DNA of 64,000 nt from an uncultured Chroococcidiopsis sp. (GTDB lineage: Bacteria > Cyanobacteriota > Cyanobacteriia > Cyanobacteriales > Chroococcidiopsidaceae): positions 1 through 64,000 of the forward strand of contig CAXTYC010000023.1 of the NCBI GenBank assembly GCA_964248365.1, given 5' to 3'. The notes beneath the pieces were generated by a model, which searched no databases, had not been told where the DNA came from, and worked only from the letters and a program-made list of their open reading frames with translations. The position numbers were made by a program, and so were the translations under genes. Each line of letters opens with the position of its first letter. The first letter of the stretch is position 1. Shown here piece after piece: positions 10,577-22,800 of the stretch.

Positions 10577-11839
10577 ATGAATACTCTACTTCTAAGTACA
10601 TCTGATATTGAAGGTGGTGCAGCTCGTGCTGCATATAGACTGCATCAAAGCTTGCGGATAATTGGTGTAAATTCCCAAATGTTAGTGCGGTCTAAATTTA
10701 GTGTTGATCGAGCAGCGATCGCCCACAAAACCACACTAGCAAAGCTGGCTCCAAGCTTAAATAGCCTACCATTAAAGCTTTACCCAAAGCGCGATAGCGC
10801 TTTGTTTTCACCTCAATGGTTCCCCGATGGAATCGCTCCTAAAGTTGCTCAGCTTGCTCCTGATATAATCAGTCTACATTGGATTTGTAATGGATACCTC
10901 CAAATTGAAACCCTTGCCAAATTCAATAAACCGCTAGTCTGGACCATCCACGATATGTGGGCTTTTACAGGTGGATGCCATTACTCTCAACAGTGCGATC
11001 GCTACACTGCTTCCTGTGGTGTATGCCCACAACTTAAAAGTAATAAAAAGCGCGACTTATCTCAATCGGTATGGCAACGTAAGCAGCAAGCCTGGAAAAA
11101 TTTAAATTTAACCATTGTCAGTCCGAGTAACTGGTTAGCTCAGTGTGCTAAAGAAAGCTCTCTATTTAAAGATCTGAGAGTAGAAGTCATTCCATACGGT
11201 TTGGATATAGAAAAGTACAAGCCGATTGCTCGAAATGTGGCGCGAACATTACTCAATCTACCTCAAGATAAGCAAATTGTCCTTTTTGGAGCCGCAGGTG
11301 TAGCTACTGACGATCCAAGGAAAGGATTTTATCTGCTGCAATCTGCCTTGCAAAAACTTAGCCAGTCCAAATGGCAAGACAATATAGAGCTTGTCGTTTT
11401 TGGTGCAACTGAACCTGAAAAGCCAGTTGATTTAGGATTTAAGGTTCACTATCTCGGTAGGCTGTATGATGATATATCTCTTGCACTTGTCTATTCTACG
11501 GCTGATGTGATGATAGTTCCCTCCACTCAAGAAGCGTATGGACAAACTGCTTCAGAGTCATTAGCTTGTGGTGTCCCAGTAGTAGCATTTAATGCCACTG
11601 GCTTAAAAGATATTGTTGAGCATCAGCAAAACGGCTACCTGGCTAAACCCTATGAACCAGAGGATCTAGCTCAAGGCATTGCCTATGTGCTAGAAAACGA
11701 CGAACGCCATCAAAAACTGTGCGATCGCGCGAGGGAGAAAGCTGAAAAAGAATTTACCCTAGAACTACAAGGATGGCGCTACTTGTCTCTGTTTAACGAA
11801 ATTATGAATGAAGGCGATCGCCTGCATCACAAGACTTGA
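10577..11839 (+). CDS. Glycosyltransferase family 4 (WcaC-like)
   Basis: GGAARAAYRLH, WTIHDMWAFTGGCHY and EAYGQTASESLACG. ATG 10577 preferred over TTG 10553. Confidence 0.92.
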   Translation: MNTLLLSTSDIEGGAARAAYRLHQSLRIIGVNSQMLVRSKFSVDRAAIAHKTTLAKLAPSLNSLPLKLYPKRDSALFSPQWFPDGIAPKVAQLAPDIISLHWICNGYLQIETLAKFNKPLVWTIHDMWAFTGGCHYSQQCDRYTASCGVCPQLKSNKKRDLSQSVWQRKQQAWKNLNLTIVSPSNWLAQCAKESSLFKDLRVEVIPYGLDIEKYKPIARNVARTLLNLPQDKQIVLFGAAGVATDDPRKGFYLLQSALQKLSQSKWQDNIELVVFGATEPEKPVDLGFKVHYLGRLYDDISLALVYSTADVMIVPSTQEAYGQTASESLACGVPVVAFNATGLKDIVEHQQNGYLAKPYEPEDLAQGIAYVLENDERHQKLCDRAREKAEKEFTLELQGWRYLSLFNEIMNEGDRLHHKT

Positions 11840-11890
11840 GTTTATAATTTCAAAAAATTAAGTTTGACAACTTACATATTCTTTACATCA

Positions 11891-11923
11891 AATCCCTGAC
11901 TCCCAGTAGCTAGGGACTTTTTT
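11891..11923 (+). terminator. Putative intrinsic terminator
   Basis: TCCCT..AGGGA stem followed by a T6 run, about 50 bp after the stop. Confidence 0.5.
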
Positions 11924-12178
11924 GTGTCGAATTTTTCTAAATTAGTTTAAAGATATTGTGAACCGATTGTGAATTTCCCTGCTAAGCATGGCGACATTGA
12001 TTTTTTATTGCTTTAATTTATTTAGCACATTCTCAAAATAAAGTATATTTGTTGATTCCTTAGTATTTTAATTTACACTTTCTCACCAAACAGCAATTTA
12101 ATTTTTAAAATTCTTTATTAAATGTATCTATGGTACTAATTATTTCCCAATAAGTCAATAGACATAACTAAATCTACT

Positions 12179-13444
12179 ATGCCAACTCAAGCAGTGAATT
12201 TAATTAGTAAAAATATGCACTTTATGGGCGATCGCAAGCTAATGCTGTTTGACTTATCAATTTATGGGCATCACCCAAGCTACATTCAGCACTTTATCAA
12301 TTATTGGAGCAAACAGGAATTACCAGGTAGCTTAGATATTGTTGTATCCCCGAAGTTCATTCAGGAACACTCTGATGTTGTATTAGCTGCTAATTCCAAT
12401 AAAGAGGGCATTAATTTTATAGCAATTACTCAAGAAGAAGAAGCAAATTTAAAAACGAGAACCTCTGGCATTAATCGGAATATTCGTGCCTTTCAAGAAT
12501 GGAGATTATTTTGTAAATATGCACAGAGCCTGAAAGCAAATCAATCTTTAATCATGTACTTCGATCCTTACCTGCTACCTTTAGCTGTGGGGATGAAGTC
12601 ACCCTGCTCGTTTTCTGGTATTTACTTTAGACCAACCTTTCATTATTCTAGCTTCAGCAATTTCAGGGCATCGTGGAGCAATCCATTACAGCAATGGCGA
12701 GAAAAATTTATTTTAAATCGTGTTTTGCGTCATTCACAGCTTAAAACATTATTCTGTCTCGATCCTTTTGCAGTTAAACATATTAATAACTTTAATAGGG
12801 CAGCAAGCGCAGTACACTTACCCGATCCAGTTTTGTTACAAAATGAAAATGAAGGCAAGCTAGAAAATTTAAAACAGAAGTTTGGAATTAATTCGGAAAA
12901 GAAAGTATTTCTTTTATTCGGAGCATTAAATGGGCGCAAAGGAATTTACCAGCTATTAGAGGCTATTGGGTTGTTACCACCTGCTCTATGTGAACAAATG
13001 TGTTTGGTATTTGTAGGAGAAGCAAATCCTACAGATCAAGCCTTAATTAAATCTAAAGTAGCAGCTACTTGTCAAGCTCAGCCTGTGCAAATTATTGAAC
13101 ATTATGAGTTTGTGCCAGAACAAGACATTCAAGCATATTTTCAACTAGCAGATGTTGTTTTAGCCCCATATCAACATCATGTTGGTATGAGTGGAATTTT
13201 ACTCTTAGCCGCTGCTGCTAACAAGCCCGTTTTAAGTTCAAATTATGGCTTGATGGGAGAAATGGTGCAGCGTTACCAGCTAGGTATAACAGTTGATTCA
13301 ACCCTGCCAGAGGAAATTGCTAAGGGATTGCAACGCTGCTTAGACAAATCTCCAGACGAATTGCGCGATCGCACACTAATGCAGTTGCTTGTAGAAAAAA
13401 ACTCAGCCGAAGAATTTGCCACTATACTTTTTCAATACGTATGA
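12179..13444 (+). CDS. Glycosyltransferase (GT-B, family 4-like)
   Basis: GHHPSY, FGALNGRKG and ADVVLAPY..GMSGILLLAAA motifs. Confidence 0.88.
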   Translation: MPTQAVNLISKNMHFMGDRKLMLFDLSIYGHHPSYIQHFINYWSKQELPGSLDIVVSPKFIQEHSDVVLAANSNKEGINFIAITQEEEANLKTRTSGINRNIRAFQEWRLFCKYAQSLKANQSLIMYFDPYLLPLAVGMKSPCSFSGIYFRPTFHYSSFSNFRASWSNPLQQWREKFILNRVLRHSQLKTLFCLDPFAVKHINNFNRAASAVHLPDPVLLQNENEGKLENLKQKFGINSEKKVFLLFGALNGRKGIYQLLEAIGLLPPALCEQMCLVFVGEANPTDQALIKSKVAATCQAQPVQIIEHYEFVPEQDIQAYFQLADVVLAPYQHHVGMSGILLLAAAANKPVLSSNYGLMGEMVQRYQLGITVDSTLPEEIAKGLQRCLDKSPDELRDRTLMQLLVEKNSAEEFATILFQYV

Positions 13445-13574
13445 AATAAGTACTTCAAAACAATAAAATTACTGAAGATTCTCCTAGCAAAATTAATTGA
13501 TATGTTGATATCTAATAAGTAATATTATCAAAAGTTCCTGATTTGTATTTGAGTAAGTTAAAGGATATTTTCAA

Positions 13575-14861
13575 ATGGCTCAACTTACCGTAAAGAAGCT
13601 TATACCTCTAGGATTTATAAAGCTTATAAAGAGCTTAATTAAACCAATCCATAAGTTTACTGTTAAACTGCTGCATAATTCTCCTATTAGTTCTGAAATT
13701 ATAGGTCCTCCTAAAGGATTTTATATTTCAACCAAAGATTGGATAGCTAGACATAGTTTAGATGAAAGCAAAAGTCAAGCAAGCTATGAAGAAATTTATC
13801 CAAACCATCAAGTAACTCGGTTAAAACCTAAAACTGTAGATAAAGATATACACTGGCAGTTCCGGCTACAATCGGTCTATGAATTTCCTAACACATTTGT
13901 CGCTGTAATTCCTGGTGGACGTGTTTTCGGAGATAAAGGAGTAGTTATTACTCCTGACGATCAGCTTTTAGCAGATGTTTCTATAGAACTAGGAGCTTTA
14001 AGTCCAGAAAAAGCAAATCATCATTCAATCTTTCGTCAATTAAAATTACCTTCTCTAACTAGTATAGATAAAACGGTAGCTCTACTATCAGTAGGAGGCG
14101 GAAAAGACATATATTTTCACTGGATGTTTGATCTACTACCGCGCATTCATTTACTGCGCTGTAGTGGAATTCCTATAAACTCTATAGATAATTTTATTAT
14201 CAATAAAATTCATCTGCCATTTCAACAAGAAACACTATCTATCTTGGGTATTCCCCAGGAAAAAATAATAGAAAGTCATAATCACTTTCACATAAAAGCA
14301 AAAAAATTAGTAGTACCTGCGTTACCGAGTATACCTGGTCAAGTACCTAAATGGGTTTGTGAATTTCTTAGAAAAGAGTTTTTGTATAACCAGGTGGGAA
14401 TCAAAATAGATGGATGGGAACGTGTTTATATAAGTCGTGCTAAGGCAAAGCACCGTAGAGTTATTAATGAAGAAGAGGTAATCAATTTTTTAGATAAACT
14501 TGAATTTAAAACTCTAATACTAGAGTCAATGACAGTGCCTGAACAAGCATTGTTGTTTTCTTCTGCTAAAGTTATAGTAGCGCCCCACGGAGGTGGTTTA
14601 ACTAATGTTGTTTTCTGTCAACCAGGAACAAAAATTATAGAATTTTTCTCTCCAAATTATGTAATTCCAATTTACTGGGCGCTGGCAACTGAGCTAGGTA
14701 TTGAATACTATTATCTTTTGGGGGAAGGGCAATCACCAAAACTACCAGAAGACGTTGACTATTACTTGCAGCGTGAAGATTTTTTGGCTGACCTTCAGAA
14801 ACATATATCAATAAATATAGACTCTTTAGCAAAGCTGATGAAACTGGCTGGAGTAACTTAA
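13575..14861 (+). CDS. Glycosyltransferase family 61 / DUF563 protein
   Basis: YFHWMFDLLPR, RVYISR..RRVINEEE and VAPHGGGLTNVVFC motifs. Confidence 0.88.
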   Translation: MAQLTVKKLIPLGFIKLIKSLIKPIHKFTVKLLHNSPISSEIIGPPKGFYISTKDWIARHSLDESKSQASYEEIYPNHQVTRLKPKTVDKDIHWQFRLQSVYEFPNTFVAVIPGGRVFGDKGVVITPDDQLLADVSIELGALSPEKANHHSIFRQLKLPSLTSIDKTVALLSVGGGKDIYFHWMFDLLPRIHLLRCSGIPINSIDNFIINKIHLPFQQETLSILGIPQEKIIESHNHFHIKAKKLVVPALPSIPGQVPKWVCEFLRKEFLYNQVGIKIDGWERVYISRAKAKHRRVINEEEVINFLDKLEFKTLILESMTVPEQALLFSSAKVIVAPHGGGLTNVVFCQPGTKIIEFFSPNYVIPIYWALATELGIEYYYLLGEGQSPKLPEDVDYYLQREDFLADLQKHISINIDSLAKLMKLAGVT

Positions 14862-15055
14862 TTAAATTCCTCACAAAGCCTAGAAAGTTTAGTTAAATAT
14901 ATTTCCAAAAGATAAGAAATAAAATAACACGCTCTTTTTGAAAAATAATTATCTGTATTGATTTGATGAAATGTCAAATTTTGTAGCTTAAAAACCAAAA
15001 ACAGTACGTATAAATTATTATAATTTTACTTCAGGACTATAGTCCTGTTTAAACT

Positions 15056-16234
15056 ATGACTAGCACAGCTTTAGAAGTATCTAAAAAAAAGACTCACACT
15101 GATATCCGCATTGCTTGGCTACTGCCATCAGCATTTTTTTACTGGCAACCTGCCATCAGCAAGTTAACGCAGATGTTTCCGCAGACAACTGTGTTTACGG
15201 GACATTGGCAAGGGTTCGCCCCTGGCTTTGAAGACTCATTCTCGGTAGAAGTTCTAGAAAGAAAGGTTATACAACTTACTCGTACATCGACAGGTTATGG
15301 CAATAGCTTCACTTACTTACCTTTGAATATTGTTAGCCGATTACTTCGGTTTAAACCTCATATAATTTTTACCAGTTCTTTCGGAGTCTGGACTATCCTT
15401 GCACTGCTGTTAAAGCCATTAGCAAAATGGCAAGTTGTAATTGCTTACGAAGGTAGCTCACCAAGTGTAGACTATCGAGGTTCTGCACCGCGTTTAGCAT
15501 TGCGACGGGCAATGGTAAAAGCTGCGGATGCCTTAATTACTAACAGTCGAGGGGGAAAAGCTTATTTAATAGATATCCTCAAGGCTAAAGAGAGTAAGGT
15601 TTTTCATCAACCTTATGAAGTTCCGGCTACAACAGCTTTGATGGGATACACCCAAAAAGATGAGCGGGGCAATATCGACCAATTACAAAAACCAGTTTTT
15701 CTATTTGTAGGTGGTATCGTCCCCAGAAAAGGTCTGCATCTATTGTTAGAAGCTTGCGTTGTTCTTCAGAAACAAGGATATCGCAACTATACATTACTAG
15801 TCGTCGGTGACGGAGCGCAGCGAAAAGAACTTGAAGCCTTTAGTCAAAAACATCAGCTAGCAGAATGCGTGAAATGGTCAGGCAGAGTAGATTATGGCAG
15901 CCTGGGTACTTATTTTCGCGCCAGCGATGTTTTTGTCCTTCCCACACTAGAAGACACTTGGGGAGTGGTTGTACTCGAAGCAATGGCTTTGGGCAAACCT
16001 GTTCTGTGTTCTAAATGGGCAGGAGCTTCTGAAATGGTAATTGAAGGGGAAAATGGATACCTTTTTGAGCCGCATCAGCCAGAGGAACTGGCAGAAGTGA
16101 TGCGCCGTTTTATCGAGCAGCCAAATCTCAGTATCTCAATGGGCTACAAGTCGCAACAGTTGATGACACAACATACACCAGAGGTAGCAGCCCAGTTCCT
16201 TGCTAACGTTACATCTTTTGTCGTGAGAAATTAA
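15056..16234 (+). CDS. Glycosyltransferase family 4
   Basis: FVGGIVPRKG and EDTWGVVVLEAMALG. Confidence 0.92.
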   Translation: MTSTALEVSKKKTHTDIRIAWLLPSAFFYWQPAISKLTQMFPQTTVFTGHWQGFAPGFEDSFSVEVLERKVIQLTRTSTGYGNSFTYLPLNIVSRLLRFKPHIIFTSSFGVWTILALLLKPLAKWQVVIAYEGSSPSVDYRGSAPRLALRRAMVKAADALITNSRGGKAYLIDILKAKESKVFHQPYEVPATTALMGYTQKDERGNIDQLQKPVFLFVGGIVPRKGLHLLLEACVVLQKQGYRNYTLLVVGDGAQRKELEAFSQKHQLAECVKWSGRVDYGSLGTYFRASDVFVLPTLEDTWGVVVLEAMALGKPVLCSKWAGASEMVIEGENGYLFEPHQPEELAEVMRRFIEQPNLSISMGYKSQQLMTQHTPEVAAQFLANVTSFVVRN

Positions 16235-16239
16235 GCAAG

Positions 16240-17478
16240 ATGAAAAGTATAAAAGTTTTGATCTCAGCTTATGCCTGTAGACCAAACCAAGGCTCTGAGC
16301 CAGGAGTAGGCTGGAATGTAACTAGAGAGTTGGTCAAAAACCATCAAGTATGGGTAATTACTAGAGAAGATAATCGTCCGTCTATAGAAGCTGAGCTAGC
16401 CAAAAATCCAGTTCCTGGGTTGCAAGTTGTCTACTATGACTTGCCCAAATGGGCACGTTGGTGGTATCGAGGACAGCAGTGGGGAGTACAATTTCACTAC
16501 TATCTCTGGCAGATTGGAATTTACTTCTTAGTCCGCAAGCTTCACCGCGAGGTTGGCTTTGATCTAATACATCATGTAACCTACGTAAAATACTGGTCGC
16601 CGAGTTTTCTTTCACTTCTGCCTGTTCCTTTCATCTGGGGACCTGTCGGCGGTGGAGAATCTGCACCAAAAGCTTTCTGGCGAGATTTTAGCTGGCGGGG
16701 AAGAGCTTACGAAACCGTGCGAGATGTGGCTCGCTGGATTGGTGAAAAAGATCCATTCGTGCGTATGACTGTCGAACACAGTACCTTAACTGGGTCAACA
16801 ACGGAAGATACAGCAAAGCGATTGCACAAAATTGGTGCTACAAATGTACAAATAATTTCCGAAACAGCTTTAGCCAGCGAAGAAATAGCACGATTAGCAC
16901 ACCATACACTGCCCCAAGCTTCGCCAGTCAAATTTATTAGCATGGGTAGGCTGCTGCACTGGAAAGGCTTTCACTTAGGGATACGTGCCTTCGCCGAGGC
17001 AGATTTACCTGAAGATGCTGAGTATTGGCTGCTTGGGGAGGGACCTGAAAGGCAACGGCTTCAGGCTTTGGCTGAGAAATTGGGTATTGCCCACCGTGTC
17101 AAATTCTGGAACAGACTGCCAAGGGAGGAAACCTTGCAGAAGCTGAGTCAATGTGTAGCGCTGGTACACCCCAGCTTGCATGACTCTGGTGGCTGGGTGT
17201 GCTTGGAAGCAATGGCTACAGGTCGCCCTGTGCTTTGCTTGGATCTGGGTGGTCCTGCTGTCCAGGTAACATCAGAAACTGGCTTTAAGGTGGCAGCACA
17301 TACACCAGAACAAGCAGTGCGCGACTTAGCCGCGTCAATGACTCGATTAGCTCAAGATTCCCAGCTAAGAGTAAAGATGGGGCAAGCAGGTCAAAAGCGG
17401 GTTAGTGATGCATACAGCTGGGAAGCTAAGGGTCAGTCCCTGACTCGACTTTACGAAGAAATTCTTGCTCTGCAATAG
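16240..17478 (+). CDS. Glycosyltransferase family 4
   Basis: SAYACRPNQGSEPGVGW, GRLLHWKG and HDSGGWVCLEAMATG. Confidence 0.92.
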   Translation: MKSIKVLISAYACRPNQGSEPGVGWNVTRELVKNHQVWVITREDNRPSIEAELAKNPVPGLQVVYYDLPKWARWWYRGQQWGVQFHYYLWQIGIYFLVRKLHREVGFDLIHHVTYVKYWSPSFLSLLPVPFIWGPVGGGESAPKAFWRDFSWRGRAYETVRDVARWIGEKDPFVRMTVEHSTLTGSTTEDTAKRLHKIGATNVQIISETALASEEIARLAHHTLPQASPVKFISMGRLLHWKGFHLGIRAFAEADLPEDAEYWLLGEGPERQRLQALAEKLGIAHRVKFWNRLPREETLQKLSQCVALVHPSLHDSGGWVCLEAMATGRPVLCLDLGGPAVQVTSETGFKVAAHTPEQAVRDLAASMTRLAQDSQLRVKMGQAGQKRVSDAYSWEAKGQSLTRLYEEILALQ

Positions 17479-17564
17479 ATACTTAGACTAAACCTACCCC
17501 AGTTCTGTTTCGGTTAATTAAATTCAGTGTTCTCACCTCACCTAAAAGAAGTATCTCTTTCCCT

Positions 17565-18503
17565 ATGACTTCACCTTTAGTCAGTATTATCATCACCAAC
17601 TACAACTACGGATGCTACTTAGGCAAGGCTATAGATAGCGCGTTAAACCAAACTTATCCTCATACAGAGGTCATAGTAGTAGATGATGGCTCCACCGATA
17701 ACTCTAAGGAAATCATCGCTAGCTACGGAAAGCAGGTTATCTCAGTGTTCAAGCAGAATGGTGGGCAAGCTTCAGCCTTCAATCAGGGTTTTGCAGTAAG
17801 CAAAGGAGATATTATTTGCTTTCTTGACTCTGATGATATATTCACACCCATAAAAATGGAAGAAGTTGTGAAAACGTTTAAAGAATGCCAAGATATTGGT
17901 TGGTGTTTTCATCATCTTTGTTTAGTAAATATAAGTGAGGCTTTTGCTAAATATAACGATGGATTAAAAAATGAAAAAGTAAATATATTATCTAGAGAAA
18001 ACATTGATTTTAGAGTGAAAATTAAAAAAGCAAAGTTACCTAACTTTGTTCCTGCAACTTCTGGGCTTTGCTTCTCACGATCGCTCTTAAATCAGATTCT
18101 TCCAATGCCTGAAGCTGAAGGTGTATCAATTAGCGACCTTTACATGAAATATATAGCATTAGCTTTAAGTAAAGGCTGTGTTATAAATGGTAATTTAGCA
18201 ATTCAAGGTATACACAGTAATAATGCATATACTTGTAAATCCACAATAGAAAAACAAAAAATATATGCAAAAATAGACATCCTAACAGCCTACTGGATAC
18301 GAGTTAAATTCCCAGAACTTGCTAAGACTACTAATAAGTTATTAGCAAGAGGAATTGGAAGTTATTTTCAAAGTGGAAGTATTGAATTACAATATAAAAA
18401 AACTATCAATAATTATTTATTTACTGTCTCTTTAGCTGAGAGGACAAATATAATTATAAAAGCTTTTTACTACTATTTAAAGTTTTGGGTACGCTTAGCC
18501 TAG
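17565..18503 (+). CDS. Glycosyltransferase family 2
   Basis: VSIIITNYNY, VVDDGSTD and FLDSDD. Confidence 0.92.
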   Translation: MTSPLVSIIITNYNYGCYLGKAIDSALNQTYPHTEVIVVDDGSTDNSKEIIASYGKQVISVFKQNGGQASAFNQGFAVSKGDIICFLDSDDIFTPIKMEEVVKTFKECQDIGWCFHHLCLVNISEAFAKYNDGLKNEKVNILSRENIDFRVKIKKAKLPNFVPATSGLCFSRSLLNQILPMPEAEGVSISDLYMKYIALALSKGCVINGNLAIQGIHSNNAYTCKSTIEKQKIYAKIDILTAYWIRVKFPELAKTTNKLLARGIGSYFQSGSIELQYKKTINNYLFTVSLAERTNIIIKAFYYYLKFWVRLA

Positions 18504-18587
18504 CGGTTAAAGTTGAACACAGCTAGTTCAAGATTTAGCAAAAGTACTTTCCCACTATTGCTTTTAATTTAGGTTAATTTTTAACCC

Positions 18588-19742
18588 ATGCCAAATTGTT
18601 TTACATTTAAGCCTAATGTAGTCTTCTTTAGTGGTCTCCTCCTGCCTCCATCTGAGACATTCATCCGCGCTCAAGGGGAAGGGTTGCAGCAATTCACTCC
18701 CTATTATGTAGGTTCGCGTATAGTAAAGGGTTTATCCTTGCCTTCTGAGCGTACCTTGGTCGTCAATCGAGGTGGATTTTTAGGTGCTGCACAGGAAGGT
18801 TTATTCAAGCTATTAGGATCTGCCCCAAGGTTGTACAAGCAAGTACAGCAGTTAAACCCTGTTTTAATACACGCGCACTTTGGGCTAAATGGATCTCTAG
18901 CCCTCCCTTTGGCACGAATCCTGAAGCTCCCTATGGTGGTGACGTTTCACGGCTCTGATGCTACAAAAAAGGATGAGTATGTACCCTGGTCTTCCATCAG
19001 TCATCAGATATACTTTCGCCGCCGAGAAGCTCTCAAGCGCGAGGCTAGGCTGTTTATTGCCGTATCGGAGTTTATCAAGACAAAGTTGGTTGAGCAGGGC
19101 TTCCCACCAGACAAAATTGTAGTACATCACATCGGCGTAGACACAGAAGTTTTCCAACCCGATCGGGCTGTGCAGCGTGAGCCAGTTGTGCTGTTTGTTG
19201 GGCGGCTAGCTGAGAAGAAAGGCTGCCAATACTTGATTCAGGCTATGGCTCAGGTACAGGCAGAAATACCTGATGTGGAGCTAGTGATCATTGGCGATGG
19301 ACCACTCAGGCTGCAATTAGAAGATTTAGCAGCCTCATCACTAAAACGCTACCAATTTTTGGGACTACAACCACCGCAGGTAGTCAAGAGTTGGATGAAT
19401 CGATCGCTAATGCTTGCTGCTCCAAGTGTCACGGCTTCAACGGGAGATTCTGAGGGTTTGCCTACTGTTGTAGTTGAAGCGCAAGCGATGGGTTTACCTG
19501 TTGTAGGTTCTGTTCATGCTGGTATCCCCCAAGCGGTAGTGCATGGAGAAACAGGTTTCTTGGCGGCTGAGCGGGATTGGACAAGTTTAGCAGAACATAT
19601 TTTGCGACTACTTAAAGACCCGATACTTTGGCAAAGTTTTAGCTGCAATGGGCAGCAGCGAGTAAGGAATTTATTCGACTTGCATAAGCAAAATCAAGCT
19701 TTAGAAGGTATTTATGAAGCTGTTTTGCGCCAAGAAGTTTGA
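18588..19742 (+). CDS. Glycosyltransferase family 4 (WcaL/AmsK-like)
   Basis: SETFI, HAHFG, TFHGSD, GRLAEKKG and GDSEGLPTVVVEAQAMG. Confidence 0.92.
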   Translation: MPNCFTFKPNVVFFSGLLLPPSETFIRAQGEGLQQFTPYYVGSRIVKGLSLPSERTLVVNRGGFLGAAQEGLFKLLGSAPRLYKQVQQLNPVLIHAHFGLNGSLALPLARILKLPMVVTFHGSDATKKDEYVPWSSISHQIYFRRREALKREARLFIAVSEFIKTKLVEQGFPPDKIVVHHIGVDTEVFQPDRAVQREPVVLFVGRLAEKKGCQYLIQAMAQVQAEIPDVELVIIGDGPLRLQLEDLAASSLKRYQFLGLQPPQVVKSWMNRSLMLAAPSVTASTGDSEGLPTVVVEAQAMGLPVVGSVHAGIPQAVVHGETGFLAAERDWTSLAEHILRLLKDPILWQSFSCNGQQRVRNLFDLHKQNQALEGIYEAVLRQEV

Positions 19743-19804
19743 AGGCAAAAGTAACGTTACGTCTTTTTTTTGATTTTTAGATGAATATTTCTAGGAGGTA
19801 AGAG

Positions 19805-22800
19805 GTGCAGAAATCTCAAGAGCAACAGCAAGCGATCGCAACCACTTTCATACAGGAACCACTTGCAGCATCTAGCGTTACAGATCAGCAGATGGTGCAA
19901 GCGGCTATACTTGCCGATCCTTCAATTGATGAGTGTGTTGTACTAAATCGAGCAAAGGAACCCACTAGAGAGCTTGTTGCTTACGTAGTCTCTAGGGGAA
20001 AGTTCTCTCCAGAGCAGATCCAATCTCACTTGCAAGCTAGTCTGCCTTCAGATCTTTTAGCGATCGCCTATGTACCTGTGTCTAAACTGCCCCTTACTCC
20101 TACAGGACAAGTGGATGAGCAAGCTTTGATTGCTCTAGAGGTGGTCGATTCTGACTTGGTGCAAAGATGGGAAACTCAACTGCAATCCCTGCCAGAAATT
20201 GAGCAAGCAGCCCTCGTAGTTCAAGAGTATATAGAAACTTCTCCCCCGCTACATCTGTCAGATTTGCTGCCCGATTGGAAGTCCACCCCAAGCACTAGTA
20301 CTGCAACCACAATTACAACTGCAAGCTCTTTTGATGCTATTGAAGAAGCAACCGAATCCAAGGCACTAGCCATCAGCTACGGCGGATCTCTGCCTGAAGA
20401 ACCTAATGCTCCCACCACTCTACCAGAAGTTCTGCAAAGAGCAGCTCGTCAAATTCAGGGAGATAGCATTGTCTACCTCCAGCCAGACGGCACAGAAATC
20501 TTTCAATCTTATGGGGATTTAGTGGAGGAGGCAGAGCGAATTCTAGCTGGACTGAGAAAGCTAGGGTTGAAACCTCAAGACAAAGTAATTTTACAACTGG
20601 AACTCAACCAAGACATTATCCCAGCGTTCTGGGGTTGTATTTTAGGAGGCTTTATTCCCGTAATTATGGGAGTAGCACCGACTTACAGTTCATCCAATAA
20701 TGCAGTAGACAAGCTGTGTAATGTTTGGCAGTTATTAGATCAGCCTTTAATATTAACCACCCAAGCACTCCAAAAATCAGTACAATCTCTAACTCAATGG
20801 CTACCCGCTGAAGATTTTCAAGTAAGCTCAATTGAAGCATTAAGAAAAAACACTGCTGATAAATCATATCACCCTTGTAAACCAAATGATCCGGCATTTT
20901 TCAACCTGACTTCTGGCAGTACCGGAATGCCAAAATGTATCAGTCTGACTCACTGGAATCTAATATCTCGCGCTATAGGAACTAATATCCTCTCTCACCA
21001 CGACTGTGAAGATGTAATTCTAAATTGGCTGCCTTTCGATCATATTGGTAGTATTTCAGACTGGCATATTCGCTGTGTTTACTTAGGCTGTAAACTTATT
21101 TATACAAATAAAGAATATATTCTTGGTCACCCATTAAACTGGTTAGATTTAATTGATAAATACCGCATTACTCATAGCTGGGCATCTAACTTTGCCTATG
21201 CCTTGATTTATGATGCCCTCAAACAAGAACCTGAACACAAATGGGATCTATCCTGCGTCAAATCCTTACTCACCGCTGGAGAAGCTGTTTCTTCCACTGC
21301 TGTGAAGGATTTTATTGAAAGTCTTGCTGTTCATGGTTTCAAAAAAACAGCCATTCGTCCAGCTTTTGGCATGGCAGAGATGGGATCTGGTATTACTTAC
21401 TATCAGCCAACAGAAGAAAATCCTCTACTTTTTCATACTGTTGACAAATCTTCTTTAAAAGGCTCCATTAAAAGAGTAAGTGCAGAGCATCCAAATTGCA
21501 CAACTTTTACAGATTTAGGTCCAGTGATTCCTGGGGTATCGATTCGGATTGTAGACAAGGAAAACTCACTGTTATCTGAGGATACAATTGGTTGTCTACA
21601 AGTAAAGGGCGATGCTGTATTTGCTGGCTACTACAAAAACCCAGAAGTCAATAAAGAAGTATTTGTAGAGGATGGCTGGTTTAATACCGGAGATTTAGGA
21701 TTTATTTCCGATGGTCATCTGGTTGTTACAGGTAGGGCTAAAGAAACCATTATTATTAATGGAGCCAATTATTACAACCATGAAATTGAAGCGGTAGTAG
21801 AAGAAATTGAAAGAGTTGATGTTTCTTATACTGCTGCCTGTGCTGTGCGGGATGCTAAGGGTACTACCGATAAATTAGCAATCTTTTTCAGTGCTTGCGG
21901 TGTTGATGAAGAGCATCTAATTGAATTGCTAAAGCAAATCCGGCAAACAGTTGTTGGCAAAGTGGGGGTAAATCCTGATTACTTAATTCCTGTTGAAAAG
22001 GAGGTTATTCCCAAAACAGCAATTGGTAAAATTCAGCGATCGCAACTAAGCAAACTTTTTGAAGCGGGTGAATTTGACCATATTCTCAAACGCTTAGATA
22101 TTCTGCTCAAAAACGCTAATACACTGCCAGACTGGTTCTATCGCAAAAGCTGGCGACCGAAAGAAGTTGTATCTTTAAATATTCAACCTCTGACGGGTCA
22201 AACTCTGGTGTTCCTTGACTCATTAGGAATGGGTGAGTTGATCGGTGCAGAACTAAGCCGTCAGTACCAGCCATGTGTCAGCGTCGAGGTGGGGTCAGAT
22301 TTTGTTCAGTTGAGTAGCGATCGCTATCAAATCAATCCTCAAAACCCTGACCACTATCGGCAACTACTTGAGTCTGTTTCAGAATGCACTTTACAAATTG
22401 GTCAAATTCTGCATTTATGGAATTATGACAATTATGCTGGCGAAATTTCAAGTCCAGAGGAACTAGAGCAGGCGCAGGAAAGAGGAATCTACAGTTTGCT
22501 GTTCTTGGTGCAGGCGCTGGCTAAAGTTCAGAGTTCTGAGCATCCAGTTCGCTTGTTAGTTGCAGCTAGTCACACCCAGCCTACCTCGGCATCTGACAAA
22601 GTTGCGGCTCAAAAAGCGCCGATGTTGGGTTTGATTAAAGCAGTGTCTCAGGAATTATCTTGGCTGGACTGTCGCCATGTGGATTTATCTCTAGACACGG
22701 TAGAAATCAATGCTGAGCAAATACTGCGAGAGTTACGAGTTTTGCAGCGATCGCCAGAAGTAGCTTACCGCCAAAATCAGCGTTTGGTTCCCTGCTTGGA